Positions 23,380 through 35,698 of a stretch of 64,000 nt of DNA are shown piece by piece. The notes beneath the pieces were generated by a model. It made no database searches, was not told where the DNA came from, and was given only the letters and a program-made list of their open reading frames with translations. A program made the translations under genes and the position numbers. Location of the stretch: NCBI RefSeq assembly GCF_018977255.1, contig NW_024704743.1, positions 11,038,001-11,102,000 of the forward strand, in the 5' to 3' direction. This DNA is from Callorhinchus milii. Lineage: Eukaryota. How positions within the stretch are numbered: position 1 is the stretch's first letter; every line of letters starts with the position of its first letter.

Positions 23380-26167
23380 TTCTTCAAATGCATGTGCCTA
23401 AATGCACGTAGCTTAGGGAATAAGGTTGATGAGCTGCAGGTTCAACTGCCCGTAGGGGTTTACGATGTGGTGGCAGTAACCGAGACATGGCTCAAGCCAG
23501 GACAGGAATGGGAGTTAAATATTCCAGGATATAATGTGTTCAGGAAGGATAGAGAAGGAAGAAACGGAGGAGGGGTGGCAATATTAGTTAAGGATACAAT
23601 TATAGCTGTAGAAAGGAATGAGGCTCTGGAGGGCCCGACAACAGAATCCATCTGGTTAGAGATAAGAAATAAGAAAGGAGTGGTTACACTGATAGGGGTT
23701 TATTATAGACCACCAGACAGCGGGAAGGAGATAGAGGAGCAGATCTGCAACCAGATCGCGGATACATGTAAGGCGAACAGAGTTGTGATAATGGGAGATT
23801 TCAATTATCTCAATATAGACTGGCAAAATATCAGCGCTAAGGGCAAGGCAGGAGCAAGATTCATAGACTGTGTACAGGAAAATTTTCTTGAGCAGTGTGT
23901 CTCCAGCCCTACGAGGAAGAAAGCATTGCTGGATCTAGTCCCTGGGAATGAAATAGGTCAGGTTGAACAGGTTTCGGTAGGGGAGCATCCAGGTAACAGT
24001 GACCATAATATTATTAGATTTAGATTACTCATGAACAGGGACAAAGTACAGTCAAGGGTGAAAATGCTTGACTGGAAAAGGGCTAATTTTGATGGGCTAA
24101 AAAGGGACCTAGAGTTGGTGGACTGGCAAGTAAGACTAGCAGGTAAAACGACTCATGAGCAATGGGAGATCTTCAAAGGTATGATAGTTCAGGGTCTAAA
24201 TAGATATACTCCCACAAAAGGGAAATGTGCGAGAACCAAGCCAGCCTGGATGACCAGGGATATTCTGTCTAGGATGAAAAAGAAGAAGACAGCGTACGAC
24301 AGTTGGAAGACACAAGATACTGAGGATAGCAAAGTGCATTATAGAGAATGCTGGAGTGATCTTAAAAGAGTGATAAGACAGGCTAAAAGATCGCATGAGA
24401 AGAGGTTAGCGGGTAACATAAAGGGGAATCCTAAAATATTTTACAAGCACATAAAGGAAAAAAGGTTAGTTAAAGGTAGGGTGGGGCCAATCAAAGACAA
24501 TGACGGCAATCTTGTTGTGGAGGCAGAGGGCATGGCTGATGTACTGAACGAGTACTTTGCATCTGTCTTCACAACGGAAATGGATGCCCCAAATGCCGCA
24601 GTATTGGATGAGAGGGTAGAGGAAATAGATCAGATTACTATAGACAGAGAGGAAGTTCTGAAAAGATTGACTGGGCTCAAAATTGATAAGTCACCAGGAC
24701 CAGATGGGTTTCACCCAAGGTTGCTGTGGGAGATACGGGTTCAAATAGCGGAGGCTTTGGCCATTATATTTCAATCTTCATTGGACACAGGAGTGGTGCC
24801 AAGAGACTGGAGAGTGGCTAATGTTACCCCCACTACAAAAAGGGGCAGAAAGACAAACCCGGAAATTACAGGCCAGTCAGCCTAACTTCGGTAATAGGAA
24901 AACTACTGGAGACCATAATCCGGGACAGAATAAATCTCTACTTAGAGGAACACAAGGTAATTAGAGACAGCCAACATGGATTTGTTAAAGGCAAATCTTG
25001 CCTAACAAATCTAATAGAATTTTTTGAAGAGGTGACGGCGAGGGTTGATGAGGGAAATGCGGTGGAGATTATTTACATGGATTTCAAGAAGGCTTTTGAC
25101 ATAGTACCGCATAAGAGATTAATCCAAACATTAGAGGCCCACGGTATTAAGGGGACAGTGGCAGTTTGGATTAAGAACTGGCTGAGTGACAGAAAGCAGA
25201 GGGTGGTGGTTAATGGGTGTTTCTCGAAATGGAAGGAGGTGTGCAGCGGTGTCCCCCAGGGATCGGTATTGGGACCACTGCTCTTTCTAATATATATTAA
25301 TGATCTGGACTTGGGCATAAAGAGCACTATTTCCAAGTTTGCAGATGATACAAAGTTAGGTAGGGTAGTAAATAGTGAGGAGGACTGTAACCAACTGCAA
25401 GCAGACATACACAGAATGGTGGAATGGGCTGACATGTGGCAGATGGATTTCAATGTGGATAAGTGTGAGGTGATATACCTAGGTAGGAAAAATTATAGGA
25501 GGCAATATAGACTTGGTAGCTCAATCTTAAGGGGTTGAATGTACAGAGAGATCTGGGTGTTCAAAAAACCAAATCATTAAAGGTAGCGGGGCAGGTAGAT
25601 AAGGCAGTAAAAAAGGCATTTGGTGTACTGAGCTTTATTAGTAGGGGCATAGAGTATAAGAGTAGGTAGGTTATGGTTAATCTATACAAAACACTGGTTA
25701 GGCCTCAGCTGGAGGACTTCGTCCAGTTCTGGGCACCTTACTTCAGGAAGGACATTAAGGCACTGGAAAGGGTGCAGAGGAGATTCACGAGAATGATACC
25801 AGGAATGGGGAGCCTTAGCTATGAGAACAGGCTGGAGAAGTTAGGACTTTTCCCATTAGAGCAGAGAAGGTTACACGGGGATCTGATAGAGGTCTTCAAG
25901 ATCATGAAAGGTTTCGACAGCTAGATAAGGAAAAGCTGTTTCCGCTGGTAGGTGTGTCTGTGACCCGTGGTCACAGTCTTAAGATATCTACCAAAAGAAG
26001 CAGAGGGGAGGTTAGAAGAAATGTTTTCACTCAGCGAGTTGTTTGAATTTGGAATGATCTGCCTGAAAGGGCAGTGAAGTCCAATTCGATAACAATTTTT
26101 AAGAGAGAACTGGATAGGTATCTGGGGAAGATGGGTTTGCAGGGTTATGGGGAGAAAGCTGGTTAGT
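23380..26167 (+). pseudogene. CR1 ORF2 endonuclease-reverse transcriptase, few disablements
   Basis: [67 protein letters not shown]; frameshift at ~24830, stops at ~25536 and ~25668, further shift at ~25920. Confidence 0.95.
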
Positions 26168-27362
26168 GAAAGTGACTTGCTCTGTCAAAGAGCCGGCACA
26201 GACTCGATGGGCTGAATGGCCTCCTTCTGTGCCGTAGCATTCTATGAATCTATGAATCTATGAATTACTTAAGAGATGTTTGTGTATATAAAAGGAATGT
26301 TTTGTTCTCTAATTGCAGGTAATTCCTATCCATCAGAAGAATAATGCTAATCCTTGCAATTTGATACACCATCCATAATGTCAAAATGATGCAAAGGCTT
26401 TTGGAGATAATTGCTATCAGGTGTAGTGACTCTTTGCTATTTGTGCATAGCAATGAGCCACAGAGCAGCTATCAAATCAAAGATCCGTGATCAAAGTGAC
26501 TGTTGAAATGATTTGGATCAAAAGGCAGGGAAACTGCAGAAATTTTAACAAAAACAATTACATATAGGAGTAACATTTATTATTGGTCATTTAAAAAATG
26601 GAATGTGGCCATTCTTCTTGCTCAAATTCTGTCAAAGAAATATCGGTTTTAATCCTAAACCATATAGATCAAGAAGTTCTATACCCAGTCAATGTTGCAC
26701 TAACTGATCTCCTAACTGATCTCTACAGAGGTAATGGAACACTACAACACAATATTGCTTCAGGTATGGGAGGAGAAAATCCCAGGGTTTTCACTACTTT
26801 CAAGATCTTCTTCTTTGACCATGCTTTCGGACATTTTTACCCCCCACCCTACCTCTCGTGACCCCACCCCCATCCCCATCCCCATCCATAGATTATTTGC
26901 AAACTTTGGACTGTCCAGTGGCTTTTTCACTGATGTGAAAGATAGATACATATCTGATGTGAAAGACATATACATAACTTACATTACAATTTACATTTAT
27001 ATAGTGGTTTTCCCCTTGGGAGGATGTCTCAAAGCACTTCACCCAGCTGACTGAGGATTTGAGGTGTGGGGGAAGGGGGCACGCAGGGAAGATTATTGGA
27101 AGCTTGATGCCATCATGGAAAGATAGCAGGTGGGGTATTCTGAAAGGATATAATTAATCAGAAAAGGGTCTTATTCATCTGTGATCTTTTGAGATGAACA
27201 AAAATATCTTTAGCTCATCCTATAACATCTCTATCTGCGCATTCGCTTACAAAATACACAGTCTACGTCATTACTACACTTTACAGTATATCCTGTGAAG
27301 GGCTTTGAGATGTTGGCCTGACATGAACGGTGTGATATCAAATGTAAGGATTATTGTTATTA

Positions 27363-27683
27363 TGGAGTCCTGTAGCTCAGTGGTTAGAGCACTCGCTTTG
27401 CAAGCGAGAGACCTGAGTTCAATTCCAGGCAGGGCGAAACCTTGGGCAAGTTTCCTTACTCCACACTCCTAATAGTAATCCCTCCAAAAACAAAAACAAT
27501 AATATATTGATCATTTTCAATCTACGACTGTTTGTGGGACATTGCTGTGCGCAATTGGCTGCCGCGTTCGCCCACAAATATACAGTCAATTCACTTTACA
27601 GTGTGTTCTGTGAAGCGCTTTGGGACGTCCTCCTGACGTGAAAAGCGCTATATCAAATGCAAGGATTATTAATATTATTATTA
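27363..27683 (+). mobile_element. Young tRNA-SINE, full length
   Basis: Family consensus from head to (TTA)n. Confidence 0.95.
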
Positions 27684-27990
27684 TCTCGGTTTGATTCCTG
27701 GCAGGGCGAAATATTGGGCAAGTTTCCTTACTCCACATGCCTCTGTTTACCTAGCAGTAAGTAGGAACCCAGTTGTTAGTCGATCAGCGGATCGCTTTTA
27801 CCAGGGTAATAATTCCTTAAAAAAGATAAAAAATAATATAACTTGGTCACTCATTGCTGTGAGTAATTGGCTACCACATTTTGCCCATGAAATATACAGT
27901 CAATTCACTTTACGTATTCTTCGAGATGTCTCAAAGAAGTAATCAAGTCTCAGGCACTATATGAAATGCAAGGATTATTACTATTATTAT
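27684..27990 (+). mobile_element. Long-form SINE (5'-clipped) retaining the full CORE-like segment
   Basis: ttgggcaagtttccttactccacatgcctctgtttacctagcagtaagtaggaacccag followed by Deu remnant and tail. Confidence 0.85.
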
Positions 27991-29805
27991 GAGGAATTGC
28001 TGTTGACCAGACACCACTTGATCATAAGATCGGTCTGGATGAAGACGGCCCTTCCACCCATACAATCTCATCCCTTCGGACACCCACTCTACCGTTCCCC
28101 CATCGCAGCATCAAGCTGCTCTTTAAATGAGTCCAGTATTCTGGCTTCTGCCACCAGTAAGTAAAACAACAGTTGCAATGGTGCTAAGCAACCAGACCTT
28201 TTAGGATATAATATTTCCAATAATTCATAAGATTTTATATTATTTTTCATACTCTAACACAGACTGAAATGGGCTGATCCTAGTGTTAAGCTATTTTGAT
28301 AACACAGTGGCTTGGCATGTCGCAGCAATCTGATACATTCAGCTCTGAAGACGCAATCAGTCCTTCCTGATAATGTTTGGAATCTCATTGCAGTGTAAAG
28401 GAAGCATGAAGTAGTAATTTCATTAAACAACCACTTACTTGAATCCAGAGTCCTACTTTATGGTCACTTATCAATAAAACAATACAGCAGGGACATTTTT
28501 GCAATTCTCTTGAAGTTAACATATTAATCCCAACTGGTTCTGCCAATGCCTGTACTTGGAACTCAGTGGCTTTCATCCAACAGTACTGTTGAGTACCTTA
28601 ATGATTTTGCAATACATGTTGAACATGCTCTCACTCTGATGGTTGTCTTTGATCAGCATATTCCTTAACTCTTGCTGAAATGGCTTGTTAACCCAGTCAA
28701 TCTTTTAAAATACTAATTAGCCAGCTCCGGTCATTTCTTCATTGAAACGAAGTCCACAGTTTGCAGATTTTTTTTAACAAGGGGTTTCCTGTGTTGTGGA
28801 CTGCTGAAGTTTCCACGCAGAAAACAACAAATTGTCAGGAAGGAAACATGGAATAACCCACGTAAATTTTAATTCATGGAGCAGGGAGCTCAAAAGAGGT
28901 GTGTTATGTACAGTAAACAAGATTACATTGTCAGCATGGCTCAGTTAGTAGCATTCCTGCCTCTGAAGGTTGTAGGTTCAAACCCACATTTAAACACCAC
29001 ATTTGACTGCTGAGTTTGCTCACTAATACACAGTCACTACACTTAAAAGCAATTACTGTAACATGATTTGAGATGTTACAACAACAACAACTTGCATTTA
29101 TATAGCACCCTCCATGCAGGGCAGTGTCTCAGAGCATTTAACGGCGAGTGGGCGTATAGGGGCACAAGGTGACCGTAAGCACGGTCGAAAAGGAAGGTTT
29201 TCAGGCGACATAATAGTAGCTGTCATAAATGCAAGAACTATTACAACAGGAATGCCAGGTTGTTGTTGACATATTAGAGTGTTTTTTNAGTAGGTTATTT
29301 TATGTACAATGCTTTCTCACTTTGTTTCCTCACACAGTCTCTTGCAAAGAGAATGAGCAGTCCAGCAGCCCTGTTAATAACTGATTCCATTAAAGTGTGT
29401 ACCAAAGGCTTGAGGGGACTTTCACTTTACTCTTGCTGCCTTTGCCCTCTATTCCCCGCTTCCTCATAATCATGCAGCTGATACTTTACTGGGAGCTTCA
29501 AGAATGTGCCACCACATTGGTTACGAACAATTCTGCTTGGCTTTAAAGGCTGAGAGGAATTGATAACATGGATAAATTGGTTGCTCAATTTGGACTTTGA
29601 GCACATAATCAGAGTGGGTGGATATAAAATTAATAAACCAGCAAGACTTGAATTTAGAAGAATTTTTTTCTTAGAGCAGTGGAGGTGTGTAATCGAATAG
29701 CATCTCAATGAAAGCATTTAATGTGCGAATTAACATTTCAAAACAGATAAAGAACTGGATGGATATCTGGTAAGGAGGGCAGGTTTTACGAAGTGCAGAT
29801 AGAGA

Positions 29806-30228
29806 TAATACTTCTTGCATTTTAGATAGTGCCTTATCACGTCATCAAAATGTCTCCAAGTGCTTCACAGGAATTACTGTAAAGTGTATTTTGTAAGGTG
29901 GCTGTAGATTTTGAAGCAATTATGGCAGCCAATTTGTGTACAGCAATGTCCCACAAACAGCCATGAAGTCAATGCCCAATATCATCTGGGGATTGTTGGT
30001 CAGGACACCAAAAAATATTCTCTTCTCTTAATAATGCCATGGGATCTTTAATGTCCACCTGAACAGGATTAATGTCTCATCCAAAGGACAGCACCTCCAA
30101 CAATGCAGCACGTTCCCAGCACTGTACTGGAGTGTCAACCTAAATTATGGGAGTTCAAAGTTTCAATGGAAACCCACAAGCAATTCTGACTCAGAGGCAA
30201 AGGAGTACCAACTGAACCAGGCTGATGT
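29806..30228 (-). mobile_element. Old Deu-domain SINE, near full length
   Basis: Tail, gcagccaatttg...cccacaaacagcc, tgccatgggatctttaatgtccacctgaacagg, ttctgactcagaggc head. Confidence 0.8.
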
Positions 30229-30569
30229 GTGAAACACATTTTGAACTATGTGAAATGGGCATTTTGACAAATATTTGAAAAGAGAAACATTAAGGAGTAT
30301 GGGACAAGTGTGAATACTAAAGGACTAAGGAAAAATTGTGGATAATTTTCGACAGGTAGAGAGAGGACCATTAAAATTGAGTTGGTAATAAGACAATATA
30401 AATTGAGGTTTATCACGAGAAGATAAAAAGGGCAAGTTGAAATAATGGGGTTTAATTTGCAGTATTTCTTAACAAGATTACTTAATAAAGAATCTCATTT
30501 GACTTCCCATTGATAATGGCGTGATTTGCTTTGTAATTTACAGACCAGGAGCTCACTAGTTCTCATTGT

Positions 30570-30850
30570 AATCCTGGTGAGGTTGCTGGTCGCTGCTGGG
30601 ATTGAATGAGGAGCTTCCTTCCCCAGGTTAGGAAGGTTACAGTAAACCAGGTTTCCAGCTCCTAGCCCTGCTCTCTCATCAGCACCATCTACTGGCAGTG
30701 GATGTGTGTGGCAGCTGGATGGGGACAGGTAGGTTTGGCTGTAACGCCCTCTACAGTTGAATGACACTGACTGTCAATACTCACACAAGATTAATAGCTA
30801 CTTAGGTGCAGTGTGATAAACTCCATTGACTGTAAGAACTCTGCACTGGT
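30570..30850 (+). mobile_element. MER131-like ancient repeat fragment
   Basis: ccccaggttaggaagg...ccaggtttccagctcct...gtgtgtgg...ggggacagg...ttggctgtaacgccctctacagttgaat...gacactgactgtc resembles the MER131 consensus as I recall it. Confidence 0.55.
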
Positions 30851-31134
30851 ATTGTGTCAGAGAGGACTTCCCAAGGGTCGATGTGATGTATTTCCACTCT
30901 GGAAGGATACACGGTTTTGAGCAACTCAGATTAAAGGAATTTCATTCAGAAACACTCTAAATTGAACCTCTCTATATCAACAACAACAACATGGATTTAT
31001 ATAGCGCCCTCCACGCCGGACGGCGTCTCAGAGCACTTCACAATAACGGATCCCAGGGCCGAGCCAGGGGAGGGGGAAGAAGGTGACCAAAGGCGCGGTC
31101 GAAAAGAAAGGTCTTCAGTCGAGACCCAGAAGTA

Positions 31135-31452
31135 ACAATAATAATAATCCTTGCATTTGATATTGCACTATTCACGTCTTCTAGACATCTCAAAGCGCTT
31201 CACAGAATACGCTGTAAAGTGAATTGACTGTATATTTGTGGGCGAAACGCAGCAGCCAATTGCACACAGCAATGTCCCACAAACAGTCGTGGATTGAAAA
31301 TGACCAATTTATTATTGTTTTATTTTTTGGAGGGATTATCATTAGGTGTGTGGAGTAAGGAAACTTGCCCAAGGTTTCGCCCTGCCTGGAATTGAACCCA
31401 GGTGTCTCGCTTGCAAGGCGAGTGCTCTAACCACTGAGCTACAGGACTCCAC
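31135..31452 (-). mobile_element. tRNA-SINE (short body, older tail loop) in L2
   Basis: Family sequence; short direct repeat AAGTA at 31130-31134 and 31453-31457. Confidence 0.93.
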
Positions 31453-32407
31453 AAGTAGGAAAAGAGGGGGCGAGGTGAAGGGAGTGAGGAAGGAAGTTCC
31501 AGAGCCTCAGGGCGTAGTTGCTGAAGGCACGGCCGGTGATGGTGGAGTGGAAGATTTGGGGGACAAGGAGGAGGCCAAACACAGTGGAGCGAAGACAACG
31601 GGCACTGTTGTGAGGGGAGAGGAGGTCAGAGGGTAGGGAGGTGCAGAGGAGTGGAGGGATTTGAAGACAAGAGTGAGGATCTTGAAGTTGATCCTCTCTG
31701 GGACAGGCAGCCGGTGCAGTCTGGCAAGGACTGGGGTAATCGGGGAGTGGAGTTTGGTGCAGATAAGAATGTGGGTGGCAGAATTCTGGATGACCTGGAT
31801 TTTATGAATGGTAGTGGAGGGGAAGGCATTTGAATAGTCCATCCGAGAGGTGACAAAGGCATGGACCAGTGTTTCAGCGGCTTTTGGGGTGAGATATTGG
31901 CAGAATAGACGGGCGGTGCATTGGAGGTGGAAGAAAGCGGTGCTGGTGAGGGAGGAAGGATAAATGGGGGTCAAACCTGACGCCTACGTTGTGTACGGGT
32001 TCGGAGAGTTTTAGGGGCAAGTCGGGTAGGTAGAGGAGGTGAGAACCGTGCGGTTGAAGACATTGACGAGAGCCAAAGAGCATGGATTTCGTCTTGTCAA
32101 CATTTAGCTGGAGGAAATTCACTCTCATCCAGCTCCTGATGTCTCATAGGTAGGCTGACAGAACATCAGCGGACTGGGGGTCCCAAAGTGAGTTGGAAAA
32201 ATAGAGTTGGGTGTCATCCGCATACATGTGGAAGTGTACCCCATGGCTGCGGATGACATTCCCAAGAGGGAGCTATAGATTAGGAAGAGGAGGTGGCCAA
32301 GGATGGATCCTTGGGGTACTCCACAGGTAGAGGTTTGTGAACTCGAACCAGGCGAGTGCGGTCCCACTGAGGTGGATGACGGAGGAAAAGCGGTGGAGGA
32401 GGATGGT

Positions 32408-32737
32408 GTGGAGTCCTGTAGCTCAGTGGTTAGAGCACTCGCTTTGCAAGTGAGAGACCTGAGTTCAATTCCAGGCAGGGCGAAACCTTGGGCAAGTTTC
32501 CTTACTCCACACGCCTAATAATAATCCCTCCAAAACAAAAACAATAATAAAAAATTGGTCATTTTCAATCTACGACTGTTTGTGGGACATTGCTGTGCGC
32601 AATTGGCTGCCGCGTTCGCCCACAAATATACAGTCAATTCACTTTACAGTCTATTCTGTGAAGCGCTTTGGGACGTCCTCCCGACGTGAAAAGCGCTATA
32701 TCAAATGCAAGGATTATTATTATTATTATTATTATTA
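32408..32737 (+). mobile_element. Young tRNA-SINE in the L2 RT domain
   Basis: Full head to (TTA)n. Confidence 0.95.
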
Positions 32738-34325
32738 TAATCGACTGTGTCGAAAGTGGCGGAGAGGTCCAGGAGGACAAGGAGGCAGAGGCAGTCCTGG
32801 TCACAGATAGAGAGGATGTCGTTTGAGACTTTCACAACCGCAGTCTCTGTACTGTGGGCAGGGCGGAAACCAGACTGGAGGGGTTCGAAGAGTGAGTGGG
32901 TGTGTGCAGAGTTGATTGGTAACAACGTGTTCTAGGACTTTGGCGAGGAAGGGCAAGTTTGAAATAGGGCAATAGTGGCTAGGGCTTGAGGGATCCAGGG
33001 AAGGTTTTTTGAGGAGGCGGGTGATGACAGCAGTTTTGAGCGAGGCAGGGACTGATCCAGAGGAGAGGGACTGATTGATGACATTAGCCAGTAGTGGGCA
33101 GAGGAGGGGGAGCTGGGTGACCAGCAAATTGGTGGGGAGGGGGTCGAGGCAACAGGTGGTGGGTTTCATCAAAGTGATGGTGGGTAAGAGAGAGGAAGGA
33201 GAGATGGGGAGGAAGGAATGTAGGATGGGGGTTATGGTATAAGCTGATGATGGGGAGGGTGAGGGGGACAGAGAGGGGGTGGTGGTAGGTGTCAAAAGTA
33301 TGAGGCTGCCTGGCGGATATTATTTATTTTTGTTGAAGAGAAGTCCATGACCTCCTCGTACTTGGCATTTGATATGAAAATTGAGGAGGCCTGAGGGGGC
33401 GCACAGAGGAGGTAGTGAGTGGTGGAAAGAAGGCCTTTAGGTTTGTTTTTTGAGTCCAAGATGATGTTCAAGTAAAAGGTCGTTTTCGCACGGGTCAAAG
33501 AACGGCAGTAACTGTGGAGATGCTCGAGCCACAGTTGGTGGTGAACTTTCAAGCCAGTTTTCTACCCCTTCTGAGAGGGATGTGAGAGGAGAAGGAGATG
33601 CGGAAGTGGTCCGAGATGGCTTTGTCCATTATGCTCAGGTCAGAAATGTCAAGGCATGGCCACGGTTGTGGGTCGGTGAATTTATGTGAAGGGTGAAGTT
33701 TAGGGAGGAGAGCAGGGCAGTGAAGTCAGAAGAAGTAGTGCAAGGGGAGTTTAGGTAGAGGTTGAAATCACCCATTATGAGCAGGTGTTCGGAGCAGAGG
33801 GACAGGGAAGAGAGGAGAGTAGGGATGTCAGAGAGGAAGGAGCCAGGGGGCTTAGGGGACGGTAGACTATAAGGATTTTCAGTGGGAGAGAGGGCTGGAA
33901 GAGGGTGAGGTGCTCAAAAGAGAGGAAACAGCCAGAGGAATAGGGGGAAAGACCAAGGGAAGCTTTGGAGATGAGGGCCACCCTGGCGCCACATTGGTTT
34001 GGACGGGGGGTGTGGTGGAAGGTGTAGCCTGGAGGGGAGGCTTCAACTAAGGGGATGGAGTCATTGGGGGAGAGCCAGGTTTCTGTAAGCCCAAGAATGT
34101 CGAGGTGCTCATCCAGGATGAGACCATGGATGGTGAAGGCTTTGTTTGAGAGGGAATGGACATTTTGAAGGGAAATGCAGGTGGGTTTGCTGGTGGGAGG
34201 AGAGGGAGGAGAGAGTGATACGGAGAGGATTATAGGGTATACAGAAGAGATGGTTGTGGAGAATGGTGAGAGTGGAGAGTTGGGAAGGGCACTTATGAGG
34301 GAGGGGGAAGTTGTGTTTGCCCTAA

Positions 34326-34641
34326 TAATAATAATAATCCTTGCATTTGATATAGCGCTTTTCACGTCGGGAGGACGTCCCAAAGCGCTTCACAGAACAC
34401 ACTGTAAAGTGAATTGACTGTATATTTGTGGGCGAACGCGGCAGCCAATTGCGCACAGCAATGTCCCACAAACAGTCGTAGATTGAAAATGACCAATTTA
34501 ATTATTGTTTTTAGTTTTGGAGGGATTATTATTAGGCGTGTGGAGTAAGGAAACTTGCCCAAGGTTTCGCCCTGCCTGTAATTGAACTCAGGTCTCTCAC
34601 TTGCAAAGCGAGTGCTCTAACCACTGAGCTACAGGACTCCA
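34326..34641 (-). mobile_element. Young tRNA-SINE in the L2 ORF N-terminus
   Basis: Flanked by CCTAA (34321-34325 and 34642-34646); excision restores the L2 frame ...SNRLLR|ANTTSP. Confidence 0.95.
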
Positions 34642-34972
34642 CCTAAGGAGGCGGTTTGAGCGGAGGGCGTGAATGATGGGACACTGGGGGTTGCTGCTCT
34701 ACGACAGCCAGTGCCTGGAGCCACGATGAGCCCGGGGGAAGATGCCCAGACTGAAGCAGAGGGAAGTGGTGATGGGGTTGAGGAGAGAGAGAAGGCGGGG
34801 GGGGCGGTGGGGGAGAAGGACAGAGGGGGAGTAGCGGATAGAGGGCGGTGAGAGGAGAGACATTTAGAGTGGAGGGGGAGGCTCAGGTCGGGTAGGCAGC
34901 CGCACACAGAGTCCGGGAGCGAGCGATCAGCGAGACGGCATCAGCCCGCAAGCTATGTGGTCATGTGTTAGC

Positions 34973-35698
34973 GTCCAGAGGGACTTGGCTGTCCTTGTAC
35001 ACCAATCACAGAAAGGTAGTCTACAGGTGCAGCTGCAATTAGGAAGGCAAATGGTATGTTAGCATTCATTATGAAAGGAATAGAGTATAAGAGTAGGGAA
35101 GTCTTGCTGCAACTGTATAGGGCCCTGGTGAGACCACACCTGGAATACTGTGTGCAGTTTTGGTCTCCTTATTTAAGGAAGGATGTACTTGCCTTGGAGG
35201 GGGTGCAGCGTAGATTTACTAGGTTAGCACCAGGGATGAAGGGGATGAGTTACGAGGATAGGCTGACTAATTTGGGCCTATATTCTCTAGAATATAGAAG
35301 AATTAGAGGGGATCTTATAGAAACCTATAAGATCATCAAAGGGCATGATAGAGTAGATAGTGGGAGATTGTTTCCCCTGGTTGGAGAAACTAAAACCAGG
35401 GGTCACAACCTTAAAATCAAAGGCCAGCCCTTTCGCACTGAGTTGAGGAAGAACTTCTTCATTCAAAGGGTGGTGAATGTATGGAACTCACTACCCAAAG
35501 GGCTGTTGATGCTCAGTCCTTGAACATATTCATGACTGAGATAGATAGATTTCTTATTGCAAAAGGGATTAAGGGATATGGGGATAAGGCAGGGTTAGGT
35601 TATTAGATTAGAAGATCAGCCGTGATTGAATGGCGGGGCAGGCTCGAAGGGCTGAATGGCCTACTCCTGCTCCTACATGTTATATTATGTTATGTTAT
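34973..35698 (+). mobile_element. CR1 3' fragment
   Basis: ORF 35056-35523 LYRALVRPHLEYCVQFWSP...RKNFFIQRVVNVWNSLP; 3' motif gctgaatggcctactcc and (TTATG)n tail. Confidence 0.95.

Larger units (their letters stand above)
23016..26260 (+). mobile_element. CR1 LINE, relatively young; end of ORF1 plus nearly complete ORF2
   Basis: ORF1 SGNH-esterase-like end, EN and RT domains, tail ttctatgaatctatgaatcta; direct repeat TGAATTACTT at 23006-23015 and 26261-26270. Confidence 0.96.
30978..34972 (-). mobile_element. Near-complete single-ORF L2 LINE interrupted by three SINEs
   Basis: ATG at 34863, N-terminal LGIFPRAHRGSR, EN (LQNVHSL, LGLTETWL), [52 protein letters not shown] (~32201-32230), C-terminus, stem-loop and (TTG)n tail at 30978. 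Confidence 0.93.

Noticed and set aside
23113..24885. 590-aa ORF as a host gene
   Set aside because: It is CR1 ORF2, frameshifted before the RT core and bounded by a tail and TSD.
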